From Cycloclasticus sp. (lineage in GTDB: Bacteria > Pseudomonadota > Gammaproteobacteria > Methylococcales > Cycloclasticaceae): DNA of 24,000 bases. The stretch's first letter is position 1. Each line of letters begins with the position of its first letter. A model generated the notes under the pieces. That model had not been told where the DNA came from. It saw only the letters and a program-made list of their open reading frames with translations, and searched no databases. The stretch is taken from the NCBI GenBank assembly GCA_040743155.1, contig JBFLJU010000001.1, positions 1,771,144 through 1,795,143 of the forward strand, given 5' to 3'. The translations under genes were made by a program, and so were the position numbers. This document shows positions 17,977-24,000 of the stretch, piece after piece.

Positions 17977-19163
17977 GCTGACCTCCCTTTCAATTGCGCC
18001 ACATATTCTTTCTGTGTTTCGTGATGAATACGGCATAACAGCCCCACCACCATGCACATAATAATCATGCTACTACCGCCATAACTCATTAACGGTAAAG
18101 TTAAACCTTTGGTTGGTAATGCGCCCATATTGACGGCTATATTCACAAAAGACTGAAGACCTAACCAAGCACCTAAGCCATACGCCAATAGCGAATAGAA
18201 TCTTAAATTCAATCGTTCCGCCGCCTTACCCATTTGAAAAGCGCGCCAAATCAATACGCCAAACAACAAAATAACGCTACAAGACCCAGCAAAACCCAGC
18301 TCCTCGCCCAACACCGCAAAAATAAAATCGGTATGCGCTTCTGGTAAATAAAATAACTTTTGAATGCTACTTCCTAAGCCAACACCGAACCACTCACCGC
18401 GCCCCATGGCGATTAACGATTGCACCAGCTGAAAACCAGAGCCTAAATGATCAGCCCAAGGGTCCATAAAAGCCGTCACACGCTCCATCCTATAAGCTGA
18501 TGATCCAACAGCAATCACACCTAAAACGATTCCTATCAATACCAGTACCAAAAACTCAATTAAGCGTGCGCCACCTAAGAACATCATACAAATCACGCTG
18601 AAACCGATCACAAAAGTTGCACCAAAATCGGGTTCGGCCAATAACAAGCCGAATACCACGCCTAATGGCAACATAGGTCGAACCAAACCTTTAATCGATT
18701 CACGCACATCGTTTACGTGACGAGTTAAAAAGCCAGCCATATATAAGATACAAATTAGCTTCACAATTTCTGAAACTTGCAACCGAGCCACACCCAAGTT
18801 AATCCAGCGATAACTGCCATTTACTTTCACACCGATCCCTGGAATAAACACCAGAACAAGTAAAGCAACGGCAACCAGAATTAAACTCGGCCCCGTTTTT
18901 TCCCATACGGTTAACGGGATATTGGCCATAACTAACGCCATCAACAAGCCAATCAAAATATGTGCTGCCTGACGAAATGGGTAATGCCAAATATTGTCAA
19001 ACACTCTATCACCAAGGTGTAATGACGCCGACACCACAATCACATAACCGATCGATAATAAACTCATTGCCGCTAACAACAACCAACCGTCTAGGTAATA
19101 GCGAGTACGCCTTGCTGGCAACGCTGATTCGGCCGTATTAGGATTAGGCATCACTACACTCAT
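17961..19163 (-). CDS. ftsW: SEDS-family peptidoglycan glycosyltransferase FtsW (lipid II-linked)
   Basis: 400-aa polytopic membrane protein with the SEDS motif LPEAHTDFIFAVLGEELGF. It occupies the canonical murD-ftsW-murG position. There is an ATGA overlap with the murD stop. Confidence 0.92.
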   Translation of the reverse strand: MSVVMPNPNTAESALPARRTRYYLDGWLLLAAMSLLSIGYVIVVSASLHLGDRVFDNIWHYPFRQAAHILIGLLMALVMANIPLTVWEKTGPSLILVAVALLVLVFIPGIGVKVNGSYRWINLGVARLQVSEIVKLICILYMAGFLTRHVNDVRESIKGLVRPMLPLGVVFGLLLAEPDFGATFVIGFSVICMMFLGGARLIEFLVLVLIGIVLGVIAVGSSAYRMERVTAFMDPWADHLGSGFQLVQSLIAMGRGEWFGVGLGSSIQKLFYLPEAHTDFIFAVLGEELGFAGSCSVILLFGVLIWRAFQMGKAAERLNLRFYSLLAYGLGAWLGLQSFVNIAVNMGALPTKGLTLPLMSYGGSSMIIMCMVVGLLCRIHHETQKEYVAQLKGRSAWQYA

Positions 19164-20560
19164 GATTCAAGCGCCTCTACAGCCGCCACAAAACGATCAC
19201 CTCGTTGCTGATAATTTGCAAATTGATCTAATGAAGCACAGGCTGGCGACAACAAAACCGTATCACCAGAGGTAGCTCGTGCAGCCGCCAATTGAACGGC
19301 CGCTTCTATATTGGCAGCAAACTCACAAGGTGTTGAAGCAATCGCTTCTTGTTGCAGTCTTTTTGCATCGCGTCCTATTAAAATAACGAATGAGACATTT
19401 GCTTGAATAGCACTGGCCAATAAACTGAAATCCGCATCTTTGCCGTCACCCCCTGCAATAAGAATAATCGGCGCAGTCAAACCCTCTAGCGCCGCTAAAC
19501 ACGCCCCGGGGTTAGTCGCCTTCGAATCATTTATCCACGTAACGCCGTTGATATCCGCTACCCACTGCGTCCTATGCGCCAAGCCTGAGAACTCGGTTAA
19601 CGCTTTCTTTTGAGCGGCTCGAGGAATACCTAACGCATCAGCCATCGCGGTAGCCGTTAGTGCGTTTTGAACATTATGCGTTCCTTTAACTTTTATCGCC
19701 GACACCGGCATAATCAGCTCATCACCTTTGGCCATAAATTCATTGTTATCCAATGAAGCAATGCCATAGTCACCTGCTTTTGGTTGATCCAAGCCAAACG
19801 AAACAGCCGTTCTCCCTAGAGGTAAAGTGGTCGCTGCCACGATGTCATCTTGACGGTTTAAAATAGCCACGCCATCACCAAAAAGAATACGTTCTTTCGC
19901 TTCACAATAATCTGCAATAGTTCGGTAACGATCCATATGATCGGCACTAATATTTAATATCGTCACTACATCCGATTTAAGCTGCGAGGTTCTTTCAAGC
20001 TGGAAACTGGACAGCTCCAACACATACAAATCAGCTGTTTTATCCGTTAAAAGGTCTAGCGCAGGCGTCCCAAGGTTGCCACCAACACGTACATCCCAAT
20101 CAGCATTTGCAGCCATATTGCCGAGCAAAGTAGTGACGGTACTTTTGCCGTTTGAACCGGTAATACTTGCGACTGGCGCGTCTACACAAACAGCAAAAAC
20201 ATCAATGTCGCCAAACACGGGAATGCCACGCTCCGCCGCCGCTTGAATCTCTGCTTCGTCTAGGCTAATACCAGGGCTGACGATGAGATGCGTTGCGGCA
20301 TCAAATACCGCATGATCAAAACTGCCGGTAAAGACTGCAATATCGCGAAAAGACTCTTCAATTATGTCTAAATTCGGTGGGTTATCACGGCTGTCGATCA
20401 CCGCTACCTCAATAAAGTTCTGCTGAAGAAACTTAATCACTGATAAACCGGTAACGCCCAGCCCCACAACGAGCACCCGCACACCGTTTTGATCTAAACC
20501 CAAACGGGCTAAACCTAAACGTTGATTGTATGTTTCATTGCGCATCAATGCTTCCATCAT
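19160..20560 (-). CDS. murD: UDP-N-acetylmuramoylalanine--D-glutamate ligase
   Basis: It has the Rossmann N-terminus [12 protein letters not shown] and the P-loop [13 protein letters not shown]. The start is uncertain. ATG 20560 makes an ATGA overlap with the mraY stop and gives 466 aa. Alternatives are ATG 20545 or an in-frame TTG further in. The track start at 20614 is unlikely. Confidence 0.9.
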   Translation of the reverse strand: MMEALMRNETYNQRLGLARLGLDQNGVRVLVVGLGVTGLSVIKFLQQNFIEVAVIDSRDNPPNLDIIEESFRDIAVFTGSFDHAVFDAATHLIVSPGISLDEAEIQAAAERGIPVFGDIDVFAVCVDAPVASITGSNGKSTVTTLLGNMAANADWDVRVGGNLGTPALDLLTDKTADLYVLELSSFQLERTSQLKSDVVTILNISADHMDRYRTIADYCEAKERILFGDGVAILNRQDDIVAATTLPLGRTAVSFGLDQPKAGDYGIASLDNNEFMAKGDELIMPVSAIKVKGTHNVQNALTATAMADALGIPRAAQKKALTEFSGLAHRTQWVADINGVTWINDSKATNPGACLAALEGLTAPIILIAGGDGKDADFSLLASAIQANVSFVILIGRDAKRLQQEAIASTPCEFAANIEAAVQLAAARATSGDTVLLSPACASLDQFANYQQRGDRFVAAVEALES

Positions 20561-21639
20561 CTTAGTTTCAAAGTTGATAGGCCGATGAGGACCAAAATAA
20601 CGGTAATGATCCAAAAACGTACGATAATCCTAGGTTCAGGCCAGCCCTTTAATTCGAAGTGGTGGTGAATCGGTGCCATTCTAAAAATCCGCTTACCCGT
20701 CAATTTATAGGATGCTACCTGCAAAATAACCGATACTGTTTCCATCACGAAAACACCACCCATAATCACCAGCACCAATTCTTGACGCACCAACACAGCC
20801 AATATACCCAAGGCCGCACCTAAAGCTAAGGCACCCACATCGCCCATAAAAACCATCGCTGGATAGGCGTTGAACCATAAAAAACCAAGGCCTGCGCCGA
20901 CGATTGCCCCAGAAAACACGACCAACTCACCCGTGCCTTGTAAGTTTGGAATCGCCAAATATTGAGCAAATTGCACATTACCTGATAAGTAAGCAAAGAT
21001 ACCTAAGGCTCCCGCTACTAACACCGTCGGCATGATCGCTAAACCGTCCAAGCCATCGGTTAAATTGACCGCATTACTCGTACCAACGATAACAAAGTAG
21101 GTTAGCGGAATAAAAAACCAGCCCAACTGGATACTCACGTCTTTGAAAAACGGTACAAACAGCGTTGTCTCTAGCGGTGAGGTCGCTGTGCAATACAAAA
21201 ATACCGCCGCCGCCAACGCAATCACCGACAGTCCTAAATATTTCTTACCTGCCGATAAACCTTTTGGGTCTTGCAACGCTACTTTTTTATAATCATCAAT
21301 AAAACCAACAACGCCCGTTAACAACGTAACCAGCAGTACCACCCAAACGTAACGGTTAGTGAGGTCAGCCCATAATAAAGTGCTGAGACCCACCGCCACC
21401 AAAATCAGTGTGCCGCCCATCGTTGGCGTGCCTGCCTTTTGAAAGTGTGTTTCTGGGCCATCGTCACGAATCGCTTGACCAATTTTATGAAAGGTAAGGC
21501 GACGTATCATGGTCGGCCCCACGAGAAAGGCAATGAATAACGCCGTTAATGTACCTAAAATTGAGCGCATGGTCAGGTATTGAAAAACCCTAAAGCCGCT
21601 GTGATAGTTAGACAACCACTCTGCGAGTATTAGCAACAT
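20557..21639 (-). CDS. mraY: Phospho-N-acetylmuramoyl-pentapeptide transferase
   Basis: 360 aa. Motifs are [28 protein letters not shown] and [18 protein letters not shown] Shine-Dalgarno sequence lies 8 nt upstream. It overlaps the murF 3' end by 10 nt. Confidence 0.97.
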   Translation of the reverse strand: MLLILAEWLSNYHSGFRVFQYLTMRSILGTLTALFIAFLVGPTMIRRLTFHKIGQAIRDDGPETHFQKAGTPTMGGTLILVAVGLSTLLWADLTNRYVWVVLLVTLLTGVVGFIDDYKKVALQDPKGLSAGKKYLGLSVIALAAAVFLYCTATSPLETTLFVPFFKDVSIQLGWFFIPLTYFVIVGTSNAVNLTDGLDGLAIMPTVLVAGALGIFAYLSGNVQFAQYLAIPNLQGTGELVVFSGAIVGAGLGFLWFNAYPAMVFMGDVGALALGAALGILAVLVRQELVLVIMGGVFVMETVSVILQVASYKLTGKRIFRMAPIHHHFELKGWPEPRIIVRFWIITVILVLIGLSTLKLR

Positions 21640-23030
21640 GCGACGGCCTCCGTTATTGTTATCTTTTCTACAACCTTCTCAAGCGCTTGTGAACGCGAGC
21701 CCTTTACCAACACAACCACTCCCGACTTTAATTCACCTTCCAAATGATCCGCCAACGCTTCCTTAGTGGCAAAGTGCATCGCCTGCCTATTTGCTGACGC
21801 TGATTCCGCATTAAACGCGTTAGCCGCTTCCTTCATTTGCTGACCGACGGCATAAAACCGCTGCACCTCACTTTGTAGAACCTGAAGACCTATTTGACGG
21901 TGAATTTGCTCACTGTCCGCACCCAGTTCGGCAAAGTCTCCAAGTACCAACCACACCGGCTGTTGTATTTTTTGCAGACACGCCATAGCGGCCTCAAATG
22001 ACTTTGGATTTGCGTTATAGCAATCGTTGATAATCACGCTGCCCGCAACACCCTGTAACGCCTGCATCCGCCCTTTTACGGCCATCAACTGGCTCAAACC
22101 TTCCTTAATATTACTGAGTGGCTCGTCTAAACTAATCGCCGCACTTGCAGCAGCAAGGGCATTTAAAACGTTATGCTCACCCATCAGGTTCAACTGAACC
22201 TCTATTTGTTCTTGCTGGTAATTCAGTACAAAATTTGTCGTGAATCGACCGTTAAGCATGCCGCTCTTAACCGAATTAATGTCCGCCCAAACGTCTGCTT
22301 CTTTTGACCAACCAAAACTGATCAACTTTCTTTCACCGAGTAATTCCAACCATTGATCAAGCCAAGGTTCTTCACGATTTAAAACAGCTGTACCCGATTC
22401 AGCCAAGCCCGATATGATCTCGCCCTTCGCCCTAGCGACGCCTTGAATATCGCCAAAACCTTCTAAATGAGCTGCGCCAATATTGTTCAAAATCGCCACG
22501 GTTGGTGATGCAATATCACATAAATGCGCGATGTCGCCAGACTGGCTAGCACCCATTTCAATCACCGCAACCTCGTGTTCCTGCGTTAGCTTTAATAACG
22601 TTAAAGGCACACCAATTTGATTATTCAAATTACCTTCTGTCGCTAACACATTTCTTGAAAGCCCTAAAATGCTCGCTAGCATTTCCTTCACGCTGGTTTT
22701 GCCATTACTCCCAGTAATCGCCACTAACGGAATATCTAGCGCCTCACGTTGCTCTTTAGCCATCTGCGTTAAGGCTTGCAAGGTGTCATCAACCTTCACA
22801 TACGGTAGGTTAACAACCATGTCTTCACTCACCACGGCTGCTATCGCGCCTTGCTCGCTGGCTCGCTGGACAAAGTCGTTGGCATTAAAGTTTTCACCTT
22901 GTAAGGCCACAAACAAGTCACCTTTTTTGATACTTCGCGTATCAGTACTGATCGCACTAAAACTCACGTTCTCACCCACAAGGTGACCGTTCACGCTAGC
23001 CGCTAGCTGTTGTAGACTCATGGCTTGCAT
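21630..23030 (-). CDS. murF: UDP-N-acetylmuramoyl-tripeptide--D-alanyl-D-alanine ligase
   Basis: 466 aa. It has the N-terminus [19 protein letters not shown] (E. coli MurF-like) and the P-loop [13 protein letters not shown]. The alternative ATG at 23021 would give an ATGA overlap with the murE stop. Confidence 0.94.
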   Translation of the reverse strand: MQAMSLQQLAASVNGHLVGENVSFSAISTDTRSIKKGDLFVALQGENFNANDFVQRASEQGAIAAVVSEDMVVNLPYVKVDDTLQALTQMAKEQREALDIPLVAITGSNGKTSVKEMLASILGLSRNVLATEGNLNNQIGVPLTLLKLTQEHEVAVIEMGASQSGDIAHLCDIASPTVAILNNIGAAHLEGFGDIQGVARAKGEIISGLAESGTAVLNREEPWLDQWLELLGERKLISFGWSKEADVWADINSVKSGMLNGRFTTNFVLNYQQEQIEVQLNLMGEHNVLNALAAASAAISLDEPLSNIKEGLSQLMAVKGRMQALQGVAGSVIINDCYNANPKSFEAAMACLQKIQQPVWLVLGDFAELGADSEQIHRQIGLQVLQSEVQRFYAVGQQMKEAANAFNAESASANRQAMHFATKEALADHLEGELKSGVVVLVKGSRSQALEKVVEKITITEAVACC

Positions 23031-24000
23031 CCGTCTTCCCCACTATCTGACAACGATCTCAGTTTTAACGCTGCTTCAACTTGGGCAATATCATTGAACG
23101 CAATTTTCTCATGACCGATTTGCTGATAGTCTTCGTGACCCTTACCCGCCACTAAAATAATGTCTTTAGCATCCGCCGTTGCAATGCTCTGGCGTATCGC
23201 CTGTTGGCGGTCAAGAATAACCGTTAGGTCAGCCGCGCTATGCGCCCCTACTGCGATTTGTTCAGCGATACCTTCAGCAGATTCTAATCGTGGATTATCA
23301 TTCGTAATAACGATACTATCGGCTAGCTCAGCGGCAATAGAGCCCATTAGAGGTCTTTTTCTCTCATCGCGATTACCACCACAGCCAAACACCAGTCTCA
23401 AGCTACCTTCACAGTGCTCACGCAGACTGAGTAGCGCCAATTTCAAGGCCTCAGGCGTGTGTGCATAATCAACAATAACCGTTGGCTCTGAGTCTTTAAC
23501 AGAAACAAGCTGCATCCGCCCTAGCACACCCCTAACCGCTTTGACCTTGCTAATAGCCACGTCAAACGAGTGACCCATCGCAAGCAATACTCCGATAGTT
23601 GCACAGATATTGTCGATATTAAAATCACCAAATAATGCTGATTGAATACGTGCTTTTTGACCGTTGAAAGACAGGTCAAACAATAAACCCATTGCGCTCA
23701 ATTGCGTATTTGAAATAAACAAACAATGCTTAACATCAGCGCGCTTTAGCGAACGCGAAAAGGTATACACCTTAATCGTTGATGACAAGGTTTGAAGAAT
23801 AGTTGCATAAAACGCATCATCGCTATTGAGCACAACAAATTCTAATGAAGGGCTTTTGAATAATGCTAACTTAGCCTCACCATACGCTTCTAATGTTTGA
23901 TGATAATCTAGATGATCGTGGCTTAAATTGGTAAACACCGCGCCTTTAAACTCAACGGCATTGACTCTACCTTGATCCAAACCATGCGACGAAACTTCCA
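23018..24000 (-). CDS. murE: UDP-N-acetylmuramoyl-L-alanyl-D-glutamate--2,6-diaminopimelate ligase, C-terminal two thirds; the 5' end lies outside the window
   Basis: The reading frame stays open to base 24000 (...EVSSHGLDQGRVNAVEF...). The apparent Met at 23980 is a TTG-encoded Leu inside the conserved EVSSHxL motif. Also present are ITNDNPR (the DNPR motif, consistent with meso-DAP specificity) and VAGKGHEDYQ. Confidence 0.93.
   Translation of the reverse strand, partial: EVSSHGLDQGRVNAVEFKGAVFTNLSHDHLDYHQTLEAYGEAKLALFKSPSLEFVVLNSDDAFYATILQTLSSTIKVYTFSRSLKRADVKHCLFISNTQLSAMGLLFDLSFNGQKARIQSALFGDFNIDNICATIGVLLAMGHSFDVAISKVKAVRGVLGRMQLVSVKDSEPTVIVDYAHTPEALKLALLSLREHCEGSLRLVFGCGGNRDERKRPLMGSIAAELADSIVITNDNPRLESAEGIAEQIAVGAHSAADLTVILDRQQAIRQSIATADAKDIILVAGKGHEDYQQIGHEKIAFNDIAQVEAALKLRSLSDSGEDGCKP

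Noticed and set aside
1-24000. I looked for tRNA, rRNA, CRISPR repeats, IS or transposon ends, integrase or phage genes, toxin-antitoxin pairs, and defence or secondary-metabolite genes.
   Set aside because: None were seen. No intergenic region exceeds 163 bp. I noticed no spaced direct-repeat arrays. Every sizeable ORF is a recognisable housekeeping gene.

Overview
This window is a densely packed core-genome segment of gammaproteobacterial type, AT-leaning by eye. By my coordinates it has only about 630 nt of intergenic DNA, so it is roughly 97% coding. I call 23 protein-coding genes, two of them cut by the window edges.

The plus-strand block at 1-2799 is pilC (3' fragment)-pilD-coaE-zapD-yacG. 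Everything from 2833 to 24000 is on the minus strand except one small gene. In transcription order that side reads murE (partial)-murF-mraY-murD-ftsW-murG-murC-murB-ddl-ftsQ-ftsA-ftsZ-lpxC. It then continues with an anchored M23 peptidase and secA-argJ-mutT, where mutT is a Nudix/ThiE-like fusion. A plus-strand DUF721/DciA-like gene is wedged between the M23 peptidase and lpxC.

This is the classical dcw (division and cell wall) cluster plus the neighbourhood known from the E. coli 2-min region. It has non-enteric features: murB sits inside the cluster, argJ lies between secA and mutT, and DUF721 plus M23 occupy the slot where E. coli has secM.

I found no rRNA, tRNA, CRISPR array, transposase, integrase, phage or defence-like gene. 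I do not see a convincing novel multi-gene system here, and the region is ordinary housekeeping DNA. The items worth a second look are small-scale:
- the compact M23/DUF721/lpxC junctions, with head-to-head starts and a TTAA stop-stop overlap
- the uncharacterised ThiE/TenI-like domain fused to MutT
- a Shine-Dalgarno-less secA preceded by a 26-codon upstream ORF and a perfect 8-N6-8 palindrome
- a strand-asymmetric 15-bp hairpin between ftsZ and lpxC
- a perfect consensus DnaA box inside ftsA upstream of ftsZ

All functional calls rest on motifs read by eye from the supplied translations. No database search was run.
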